The position numbers were made by a program, and so were the translations under genes. From contig OZ004610.1 in NCBI GenBank assembly GCA_963924565.1, forward strand, positions 4,650,001-4,714,000: DNA of 64,000 bases, written 5' to 3'. The DNA is from Ascidiella aspersa (taxonomy: Eukaryota). The notes beneath the pieces are model-generated. The model was not told the DNA's origin. It made no database searches and saw nothing but the letters and a program-made list of their open reading frames with translations. Of this stretch, positions 12,001 through 24,000 are shown in pieces (position 1 is the first letter of the stretch; each line of letters opens with the position of its first letter).

Positions 12001-15000
12001 TAGGAGCTTAGTAACAGCTTTCCGGCCACGCTGTTTACCCTCCTTGGTCCAATCGAAACTCACGACCTCTGGAAAGAATTCTAAGTTGGAGGAAAACCCC
12101 GAGACCAGAGAAAGACCCCTTTGTTCGTAGCGGTTTCGAACAAACAACTTCGTGTCTTCGCTATTTACGACTTAACTCTCACCGTTGCTGGCGAAAATCG
12201 CTTAGAGTTAAGCTAATGGTTTTTACATGTCGCGTTTTTAACAAGTTAGTGGGAAAGCGCAATTTAAAATATTTTCAGCAACGTTTTTGAATGTTTTTTG
12301 GCAAGCCGGTCAATCCAATAATAAACCTAGCAGCTGTTGAACGGGCTCACAATGCGACTGTTCGTTTAATTTTTCATCCGTTCCAGTTCCCGACCGACAC
12401 CTTGGCGCCTTTGAAGGGCTCAACTGGCATGGACTGGATAAACATGGCCTTTTAAATTCACTTTTGTTTTAACTACACAACCCAATTGGGAACTTGGGCA
12501 ACTTAAATAGGTTCGAGCGACTCGATGAAATTTCTCTTGCCCTGTTTTTCGCGTCTCGCCCTTTCGCCATTAATCTTGGCTCGGTTTAAAGTGTATTTCC
12601 CGTTCCTTAGCCGGCTGGAAATCGTGCATAGCCGCCCTACCCTTTGTATGCCGCAAACGCACCGCAATTTGAGGTTGTCCATGATTTACGGCCTTGTTTA
12701 TGCTTTTTAACTGAAACGTAAGCCTATATCAACGTTTAGCCCGCACCGGAATTGATCTTAGTCTGTCATCTGCCGCAACGCTCCATCCAATCGTTGATTA
12801 GCGGCGCCCTAACACGCAAAAAAACGCGGGAAAATGAGGCGATGGACTGAATAGGTCGCGTGGCGGCGTTTCAATGCGTCTCTGGAACGGAAACGCTGCT
12901 TTGGTTTAGCCTTTGCCCGTCGATTTAATGACAATTCGGGCTCCCGTGAGCGCTATAGTGTGTTGAACGCGCGCGCGCTCTGATCGGAAATCCGTTGTCT
13001 GTTGCCCGAGCGAACAGAGGCTGACTCATCGAACGTTGTAAGGACAGTCGCAAAGTAGTATAGTGCCTTTTGTCACGCGGGCCACTTTCTTCAGCGCTTA
13101 GGGAACCCTACACCGCCTAAAAGCGGTCCTTTGCCCCCCACGGACCCGAGAAACACCCCCTTGCTTTCACCGCCCTTTCCCGCCAGTCGCTTTCCTTTCT
13201 TGTCAAAGATGTGCGCGTTGTTTTCAAAGACTCGCGACGCTGTAGTAGTAACGGTTGTTCCGTCAGTTTCAACCGTCGCTCTCTCTCACTCTTTCTCTCT
13301 TTTCTCCTCTCCTCCCACTCACAGCGCATTCTTTGTGCTTTAGTCTCTCCACTCGAATCGATCGCTGCTATTTTGTGCGGCCGCCGCCTTTTCAACGAAC
13401 CAACGAACTCAGGGCTTTGGAATTCCGCCTGCGTCCTTTATTGTTGAGTTGTTGCGTTGCGTCTAGCGAAAAGTTCGCGCCATTTTATCCCCTTTTGTCG
13501 CGCTAATTGGAGGTGGCCAAAAAAGTGGGGGTGTTTTTTTGGCGCGAAAATTTCCCGCCAAACCGGGTTTGTTTAACCAGCAAACAGAAAATCGAGCTAA
13601 GCTTTCCGATTTTTTTCTCACACTTAGCGGCTTTGCAAAAATCTAAAGATGCCAAAACGAAAAATCACCAACTTTTTGAACTCCGTTGGCCTGAATCGGA
13701 ATGCCTTTGTCAGTTTGCAAATCTTTTCGAGTGCTTTCTACCCCAAGGCGTGGTCGTATCGCTTGCGGCCCACTTTCGGGAGGCGCCTTTCGCGCGCTCG
13801 CGCCTTTATGACGTCATAGTCCGTGCATCGCGCGTCTTGCCACCGCCGCCTGGCAAGCTGTTTTGCTGCTTGTTTATCGTCCTCGCATGAACCCGTCGAA
13901 ACTTCGACGATCGTCGCTCCTGGAAAAACGCGAACCTGATCGAACTTTCGAATGAATCATCGAAATCAAATTAAAAAAAATTAAAAAACTAAAAAAATTT
14001 GAAAAAATGTACAGTATTGGATTGTACCACCAGTTGCATTTTTTAACATTATTTTTGTTCATTTGCTAAGAATGTTCCAACTTGTTTTTGTTTGCTTTAG
14101 GTTAGTTTCACATTTTATCAGTTAACATATCCATCGATATATTTCTACCCACTTTGCTTGTTTTGTGCAAACCCTGAGCGCATTAACCACGCACACAGTT
14201 CGAAATTCACGCGCGAATCGCAAAAACATCAAGGAGCATAGCGTTCCAGGTTATGACGTGTTGGAAAACGCTTTCCACCCGCGTTTCTAGGCAACGGGAC
14301 ACGTGTCCCAGCATGCCCAGGGCACGCGCTTGCCTCGGTCATATTACGTGGGGTATACCGGGTCGCGACAGGTAATATGGAACATATCCGAAAAGGCATT
14401 GTTGTGGCGCTATTTGGAACAATGGAATCGGAACGGGCGTAGTAGCCGTGAAGACACAAAAGCGCGTGGTGCGTGTTTCGAGCATGTACGACACACCTAG
14501 CAGCTAGATGCCAGCACTGGCCTGCCAACTCCAGCGCTCTCTCTGCCTTGGTATAGCAACCTACGGTCTGTTGACGCCCTGTTGCTTAGCAACGCGACCG
14601 ACCAACGACAACAATCGACGCGCGCGCTTTTTTGTCAAGCAGTCGAGTAAAGCCAACGCAACGCGTGTAGCCCTGTGTTCGCGAATATCGTTTTGTTTCT
14701 TAACCGCCGAATACCGGTGTTTCACAAGTCTGACAGGCGTTATATTCAATAAGCTATGGATGTAAAATATAGGATTGCTGGATTTTTCGGGTGGGTGTTT
14801 ATTGCCAATTGCTAAACTTTTAAAACGAAAAACGCCAACTTTTACAGGAATTTAGCGATTCCGCGCTCACAGACAGACAGACAGACGTTATATTGCGGCG
14901 CAAAAAGTAGCAGACTCGACATTTGGAAATTCCTCGCGTGCTTGCGCGAAGGTATGCGACGTGCTCGGCTGCGCGAAAGAAAGTGTAAATCGACCTTTGG

Positions 15001-18000
15001 CGCACCTGCATCGGCAAAGAACGCGGCTCAACTAGAAAAAACGTGCGTTTTCAGGCTTTGCGGCGACCGAAATTCGGGTCGCCCGACATTAGGGTTTCGA
15101 TTGGGGCGCGGGAACTCTTGACAAACACAGAGCAACGGCGGTGATTCACAGTCAGCAGCCTTCTCCAAGTTCTTTCTTTCTCTCTCTCTCTCTAGCTTAC
15201 GATCTGGCGCATTCCGATCTCCCCTTATAGTCCCTGTGTGGTCGCCGTGACTCATGCGCGCGTGCATTCCCGTGCCGAGACGCGAAAACAAAATTGCTCG
15301 CGGGAAGGGGCGGCGTGTTTTTCGCCTTCTTCTTCGTCCAAGGGTCGCAAAATCGACTTGGCCAATTTTTAGGGCCATATCAAAGCGGTCGGCCCAATTT
15401 TGACCATGCTTTTCTACCGATATAGCTTCTAAACTAGGCTAAAAAGCAGAATGGAACTAAATGACCCGTCTGCGATTAATCCAGCTTAAAACTGATCTCT
15501 TTGTTGAAAATAGCCTAAAAGCCCGTCCCAAAAGGGTGCCTGGCCCCTTTAAGCGGTATCATAACTTGGCCTGCTGTTTCCGCTGATATCGATCAATACA
15601 AGGAGGCGTATTTTCTCTGACGTAATCAGGTACCACGCCCCGTAAGCTTGCGTGATCGTGGCGCAATATCCCCTCCCCCCGCTGATCATGTCTTCCTGCG
15701 TTTCTGCTGACCGCTTCGACCTTGCCGTGACGTCATAAACGTTTACGCGAAGCGCGTCGAAAAAAGGAAACCGTTTCGTGTTGCGAGAACTTTTCGGGAA
15801 GATGTCGTCTGCTTTTTCGCATTTTAGAAACTTGCTTTCTGCAGTAAATTGAAAGGAACATAGCGAATCCCTTACTGAAGTGCGTGGCATTGTGTGGATG
15901 TTCCAATAAAACAATCAGCATTATCGACGTCCTGTTGATTCAAGTTGGAACAAATCATTTAGGCTGTGAAAAGTAGCATTTAAACCTTTCTGAAGTTTAC
16001 GGCATTGTTTGGACGTTCCAATAAAACAATGAGCCTTATCCACGTAACAAAGTCCGAGTTCGCAGTGCGATTTTAAAGCCTGTCAGTAGCACCAATCGCC
16101 CACTTATATGGATTAAAGTTCACCCAGCTGCGAGCTAGAGGATGGAATGCGTGCTATGTTTGTGCAAGGCTGGCGGATGCAGTAAGCTTGTTGTGCCTAA
16201 CTTGTGGCAACCAGGCACTTGACAGCACCGACTGTTACCTCTGTGCTTGTATAAGCTCTAGTGTTTGATGGCAACAGTAATGCACAGTTTAACAAACGCG
16301 CCCGGATTTTTTTTTCGATTATTGTACGCTAGAGTTAATGTTTGAGCTAGATAATAGTTTGTTTTATTTTTTGCCCAGTTGGTGTTTTTTCTCCCATTTT
16401 TTGCCATTTTTTTGACCTAGGTGGTATTTTTTAGCCCATTTTCGTTGCCTAGTTGGTTCCTTTTTCTATTTTTTCCTATTTTTTTCGACCTAGTTGGTGC
16501 TTTTAGCCAATTCTTTACCCATCAAGTGTTTTTCTCCCATTTTCAACCAGTTATCGTAAACTGACCGAAGAAAAAAAACAGCGAGACACGAGTTTCGGCT
16601 GTTCTTTCCGCTTAGACTTTGCACTGTGTATGTACGCCCCTTTCGCCTGGCAAAACACGCGTTTACATAACGGGGCACGGGGTCGTTGTACGCTGGTGGC
16701 CTGCCCTCAGAGCCACGCACTCTAAAGGTTCCTAGTATTCTGCTAATGTTTAACTCTCGGCTCTAGTCGTGTTCACGGGTGCTTTTCGGGATTTTTTGCT
16801 GAAGGTTTCGTTTTAGCTGTTGTGCTGTTATCTCGGCCGACACCTGGCACAATTTGTGCTCTTCAAAAAGCGAAAGCCCAACGCAGCGATTTCCAATTTC
16901 GCACCGTTGGTTATGAGACATGTGAACGCGTAAATATTGGGATTTGAACGGCTGTAAATCAACGAGAGGCGTGAGTTTCGCTTTCACTGTGCCAATGGCG
17001 TAAATGTTGGATCGGCGTGTTAAAATTAGCAAGTAAAAAATACCGGAATATATATTTTTGGCTTTGTGCGCGTTTTGCAAATTCGTGAATACTGGAATCG
17101 ACGTGCGTTATGTTGTGTTGTGAATTCACCCGAGTGGTGTATCCTAAAAGGCGTAAATTTTCAGTTTAAAAAAAAAACATGACATTACTCTAAGAGCGCA
17201 GGCTTCGCCCTACAAATTCCTCGGTTTTACATCTTCGTGGAAAGTGACGACGGCGCGAGATTTTGCGACCACATTGCGGTTCCTAGTGTCTGAACACGTC
17301 CGTCTCCACTCACCTTCGAAATACCAGGCCTAAACCGCCAATACGCAAACTCGCAAGAGTTATAGATGGAGACTTTAAGCCCCGGGGTCACAAAAGACCC
17401 TCGAAAAATCCAAAAAAATGATGTCATCGTCGAAAATTATATTACGTAATGCCATTCGGTCGCACACAGCGCACGGATTAGCTTCGATCGGCAGTTTTCC
17501 GTGAGCTTTCCGAGTTTTGGAAAGCGTCGTCGGGCGCATGAATAATGCATGCGGGCCTGTCTGCCGCCCCTACACCCCCGTTCCATTCGGAAACCACGCG
17601 CTAAAGTCGCGCTGACCGAAAAACTGGGCTGGATTTTTTTAATCCTGGATTTCGAAGGGTTTCTAGCTGACGTACAGCGAAGTATACTTGGAAAAAAATT
17701 AGGACCTGGTTTGTAAATTTGCATTTTTTGGGCTCTGGTCCACGTAGAACATCTATAATTTTTGGAGCATAATGGTTGGAGGTTGTAGTAAGACGTAATA
17801 AGAATATCAAAGCCCATACAGAGATGTTGAAAATGAATAAAGAGTTATTCGAAACGTCCAAAATGATACCTACTTCTGTATGGGCTTTGATATTCTTATT
17901 ACATCTATAATTTTGATTCTTAAATTCCTTGACCAACCCTAGGTTATAATTTACACAGACATATTCCCTTTTTCCAGTCCGCCAAAACAATCCGCTTTTG

Positions 18001-21000
18001 CCGCAATCAATGCCTCTTCAACGCTTAAAAGATGAAACTTGAACAATGAGTTTCTTTCTCGTTGTTCTTATTGTCCTAGTATCGACCTGAGGACAAGCAA
18101 AAAGGCGAGGCAAGCAACTAGCAACTAGCTCGATTGATTTCGACGCCTGCTTATGCTTTCGCCCCAATACGATTCGCTGCACTAAGCTTCCAGTGCTGGG
18201 TGGGCAACATTTTTTGTCGCTTTAAACAAGCAGCCAGCTCCATTTTTGACCGTAGTATTTCGGGCCGTTTTTTTTTTTTTGATCAAACAATTCGCGTTGA
18301 CTGTAATTAATAGGCGACTCTTTGAAAATGATTATTTTCGCGCCAAAAAACGGCACAGTTTTGTATTTTCGTGTAAAAAACTCCAAATTTTGTGTGATTA
18401 AATTAAAGAAACGCAAATTTTGCGCATAACGAGCAAAAAACAACAATTTCCGCATATTTTACGAAAAAACAATACCAAATTAAATTCAAAGAGTCGATTT
18501 TCGAACCGGCTCAAAGTGCAAAGTTTCGTCGTTTTGCAAGCGGACCGTGACACCCAGCAGCGGTTTTATGAATGAGCTGGGAATGTACTGGCGCAGCCGA
18601 ATACAGCAGCGCATACTGCCGGCATCCGGTTCCACTGTACTTTGCGCCTCTCTGATCTAACAGCGGACGTGTGACACAGCGCCATCAACAAATGCCAATA
18701 TGCTGGCTCCCGCCATTCGAACTATACGCAAGCGCGGGCCGGGCCAGTTTGAAACAGCCGTTATTCTAAGCTGGTTTCAATGGCAAATTTTCCACCTTTT
18801 TGTCCAGGCCTATTATAGAAGCCTATTATTAATTTGTGTCCGGTTTTCGTTTATTCAATGCAAAAAACGGCAAAAAACAGGGTTTTTAACTAATTACACT
18901 TTGCCAGGCCTCGTACATGTCCAATGCCATTAGAAATAATCAAGATTCCATAAGCACACATATGTTCCCACAAATGTAGTCATGAAATGAATTTGAGACA
19001 AAAAAACATAAAGTAGACCCTCGCTAAACAATGGCATTTAACATGTTTTTGGTCGAAAAAAGCTAAAATTGTGATTTAAACATAGTCGGCCCGTTTTACG
19101 AAAGGGCCAGGCCATGTGGGCCGGCCACCCATCGCCCTAGAGACTGCTTCCGGGCCTTGCTTTTCGGAGAAAATGATGGGACGCGTTTGCGGAAGCGGTG
19201 CATCCTAAATACGCCTGCACCCGCTCCCACTGTGTTTTGAAGCTGGCGCTGTTTTTTTTTCAATGGCCGCCTTATGGGCGCGAAGGGAACGACGCTTTGT
19301 GTGCGTGACTTGACCGAAAAACAACAACAACAAACAAAAAAACGGCGCGAAAACGTCTCTTTTGTCCCGCCCATGGAAAATAAACGGTTGTGTTGGGAAA
19401 AGGTCGCTTCTCTATTCCGCGCATTCCTTAAGCGGGACGACAGTTCGCTACACGGTAACTTCCCGTGCGACCTGGCAACCGTTACGCTCGCTGTCTCCAC
19501 ACTGAGAGCAGCTTCTCGCTCTTTTTTCACTCTCACTTAATTCCCAGGAAGTTTTGGCGCCTTAGTTTGTGTTGGGTTCACCTTTTAGAGGCGAAAAAAG
19601 AAGGTTGTCGTGCACGCACCACAAATGGAAGTAAATTCGAAAAGAATTAGGATTTAACCAAATAAGCAATTAAGTGGCACTAACCTCGGGCTTCCTGCTT
19701 TCACCAGTTGGCAACGAATCCTGCTTTTGTGCAAAAGTAATAAGGCGCAGATACCTAGAGACCAGCTCCTTATAGCTGACTACTTTTTTGTTCACTGCGT
19801 CACAACTCACAACAAGTATTTCATCGATGATTGGCTAAAAACTGGCCACTAGCGAGAAAAACGTGTTTGGCGGCGTGGCTCGCTCGAATTGCGCAATTCC
19901 GCCACCGGTGGTGGTAATGTGCACGCGGGCGGCGCGTGATCAGTTGGCCTGGGCCCGGAAGCAGCAGATCATCGTTCTGCATTGCAATTAGCGTCGTAGC
20001 GAAGCAAATTCTCCTTCGTGGCCAAACTTTAACAACCGGCCTTTATAATCTCAAGACCTAATTGCCAACTGGGTCGCGTTTTAACTGTGTGTCGAATCCC
20101 GACAGCGAATTGGGTCGCCAGTAGCGCTAATCCGAGTTCGTTCTTCCTTCTTAGTCGCGTTTTTTTACTACGTGGCGCCTCGTTCCTGTATGCGGTGGGA
20201 AACCATTGTCGGATCGGCGTGTTAGATGTTGTCGACCTTTGACGCATATGCGAGGCCACAGCGTCGCGCAACTTCTCTTTTTTTCTCTCTTCTCTAAGGC
20301 GCCTGGGCACGGCGATAGACCGGATGGAAGGGCGGACACTTGTTACGGCTTTCAGATGCGATTAAAATAATTTTCCTGTCTCTTCAACGTTTGTATTTAC
20401 GGTTGAAGTTTTGCGATTTTTTTTTATTATGTGTGGAACCAAATAGTAAAATTGTAGCGTTTAGGTTAAATTCGACTTTGATATATGTGTTTTGCAATCA
20501 AACCGCAGAGCTACGGTCAACATTTGCATATTTTATGACCTGTTTAACGCAAAACAATACAATGCGCTCATTTAAGTTTAATGTGGCTTCAATATTTGCA
20601 TTAACGGTCGAGATTTTGTCGCTTTTTCGTCCGAAACAATACAACTTCCTCTTTTCAAGCTCGATTTCACTTGAATATTGGTATTCGCTACCAAACCCAG
20701 AAGCTACAACAGGCAAACGGAGCGGAAATGAACGCTCAAAAGACGACGCCCGTTCAGCTATTTCGGGGCATCGCGTAACGCTTTTTGCATGTGAAACGAA
20801 CCGGGGTTACGACCTCTTGGCTTCGGCCGGTCGAGCCTTTGATCGCTGATCTTAACTAGCCGTCAAAACGTGGCCGCCTAAATGCCGGGTTCCGAAGGTC
20901 GCGGGTTCAAACACGGCCGCGCCCAGAGAAAATAATGACCTTTTCTATCCGGTGATTGGGCCGCCGTCAAAAACGACAAACTTCGTAGGTCTTAGCTGGA

Positions 21001-24000
21001 GTAGAAAGGTAACTGCGTCCCATTCAAGTCCAAATCTGCCCGCCCAGAACTACAATAGGACCGTCGGTGTTATGATACGCCCGCGCGTGTGTGCGTGCGT
21101 GTGCTGAAATAATGCGAGGAATTACTTGGCCAAGGGCAGCGGCGCGAAACTGTCCGGATTAAGGCGTGTGGGAACCTGTCGGGCGCCGCATTTCGGTGGG
21201 AACCGGCGCCCAAAGCCAGTGGGTCGTGCCGGCCATTGAACGGCTCAAAAAGTCGCGATCTTGTTTGCGTTTTTCGACCTTTCTGGCACTTGTGAATCGA
21301 AAACGACGCGCTACTGTTGTAAGCTGGATTTAAAACCGGATGCAAAAGCGTCGTTGTTTCGGTTCGAAGCCACTCGCCAGCTCTCAAGTGGCCTACTATG
21401 AATATTTCCAGCGTTCGCTGCTATTTTTAAGCACAAGTGCCAGTCGTTATATCGACCCAGCTTTGGCTGCCCAGATTTTAAAGCTGTTGCACCACAGAGC
21501 TTTGCTGTTTCGTATAAAGAACAATGATATCGTCTGGCAGCTTGCCGTTCCATACAGACGGAAGTGTGGGTTTGGCCGGGTTCTTGTACTCCTGGCTTCA
21601 CCTTGCCTCTGTGCAGACTAAAAGTTGTTGAACATCGGACGAACAGTTTTTTTTTTTAACGCACACAGAAAAGCCGATTTTCAAAACCTGTGTTCTGTGG
21701 CGCTGTTTTATGTTCGATTGTCCACCTTTCCTCTAATTAACTGGGCAAAGCCGGTTGCTGGGTTTAGTGAAATGACTAGGAGCGCATTTAAAAACATAGG
21801 CAGTTTTTAAAGTGGGTCTAAAAAATTGACGCGAAAAGCTTTTGGCGCTGTGAAATTGCGCAAAACGAATTTTATTGTTTGAGCATAATGGCTGGAGTTT
21901 GTAGTTAAATAATAAAGCCCATACAGAATAACGTTTTCAAAATTCAACCTACTTTTTTATGGGCTTCGCGCTTCGATAATCTTTTTACGTCTAATTTTAA
22001 ATTTACTCGATAACTATGGGTTTAGTTATCTCTCGAATATTTCATCTTTTATCCATGGTCACTTACAAACCAAACGCTTCCGTTCTACCAAAATCACTCG
22101 AAGCCAGTCAAAAAAAATTCCACCTCGTGCGTTTCAACGCGAGCGTGCCAATTTCGAATCGTGAGAGCGTCTGTCTGGCCCGCAGAGCCACGCGCTCCGA
22201 ACGGAAAAAGGCAGAAAACTAGAAGCCGGACATCCTGCTTCTGGCAAGCGCAGTCACGGGTCGGCGCCGAAAAAACGGCGTCCGCTTTACGTGTTGGATT
22301 TCGCACTTAGCGTGGCCCAAATTGACTGTAATGGCTCGCGCGTCAATCAGTTCAAAGCCAAGGCCGCCCGGCGAAATAGGGGCCGTTCAAATTGAGGCCA
22401 GAGCCTTAACGACGTTCCCTCATTTACGTTTCAACATCCGCGCTTGATATTTTCCGTGATTTCGTCTGACGCACTTGCGGCTCGGGGCCTAAGATGTCGC
22501 CCGCTCGCGAATGACGTCACGCGCTCCCTTTGTGACGTAGACAAAGGCCGGCCGCGCGAGCCCGTACGTTGTAAAATCGGCTAATTTTCGCCGCCCCTCT
22601 TCGTTTCAACGTGATTTTGCCGAGTTTCCCACGAGAATTCGACGCAAATTACAGCAGCAATCATGATTTCGTGCGCTCCCGTTCTAATATGGCTGTTTCA
22701 AACAAAGGACGCCCGATCATTTTTATATTGATATTGGAATTTCAGCCATGTGATAATTTTAACACGTTTTTTTGCGATTTTTTGTGTCTGTTTTATGTAA
22801 TTAATTTGGCCGCCCTTTTAAATTGGTTTTCGCATCAATTCTACCATAGCAATGACGTACGTCCAACCGTCGATTTTTGCAATTTCATTAATCGCAAGCA
22901 TTTTTTGCACACGGCACGTTGCTCGCATGTCACGTGACTTTTTGTGCTGCTGACGTTCCGACGAAAAGAGTCCGATCGATTGTCGACGCGCACGCACGCA
23001 ATAATGGACATCCCGGCGTGGCGTTTTTGCGCGTTTTCCACCGACGTTTTCAGCGCGGCACGTAACGCCGGCTATTTATACTTCGCGTCGCGCGCGCGCT
23101 ATCGTTCTGTGACGTAACAGTGCACCGAAAGCGGCTGAGTGCCGCGTCTGGCCGCAAAGACGCCCGCGAACTCGGCGAAAAAGGTCGCGCGACTTTTTGG
23201 GTTTGGTTTTATGCAAAAATATTTCCAGGAATATATTAAATATTTTAAAAATTCATTGTAAAACAGTATAGGTTTCTACGAAAATATTTTCCGAAAAAAA
23301 TTCGCTTATAAAACTTATTTACCAAAATACTGGGTTGAAACCAAAATTTTCTAAATAAAACTAAAATTTTGCCCTGTTTTCTCTGTGAAAGTTCGATGTC
23401 TGGTTGAAATTAAAGAAATAAAGGTACTTTAATGACCGTCGCAGAATGCAACTTTTACGATTTTGCCAATTTTTAAATAATTTACCCAAAGATCTTTTTG
23501 CAAATTTAAGCACAGCTTTCCATTGTTTGGAGAAGTTTGTGTTTAAATCGTTCACTTAGGTTTCACACACGACGGAAGTTCTCTCGCCAACAACCAAAAC
23601 ACACAAACACCCTTAAAGACACAGGCGCCGTTTCAACACAAATCAAGTGCCGAGCGGAAAAAAAACACCGTTCCGTCGCTATTTCTGTCCTTTGCCGGAA
23701 AACGAAAACGCATTCGTCTTGGGCGCGAGTTTGGCTTGCAAACGTGCTACTTTAACCTGCCGTAATGGCGCCCCAATGTTTGCTCTGGCGTCCCCGTCTC
23801 GGTCCAAGTTCGCGCGACCTCGTCTTGTGACTATGGCTCGAACCTATAGAGTCGGAAATTTGCGTAAATTCGCGTGGGATTTTTGCCACGCTTCTCTAGT
23901 TCGGCGAAAAAAGCGCTCGGGTGAAAATTACTGGAAATACCGCCTCCAGGCTGTTGCTATTAAGCACTGGACAGTCAACTCTAAGAAAAAGCGAGTAAAA

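Noticed and set aside
14230-14520. Exon-like segment in Pim intron 4
   Set aside because: A donor-like GTAATA is present but there is no good acceptor or recognisable product
20790-20930. Functional tRNA gene
   Set aside because: Only a B-box/T-arm-like piece; no acceptor stem or D-arm could be folded
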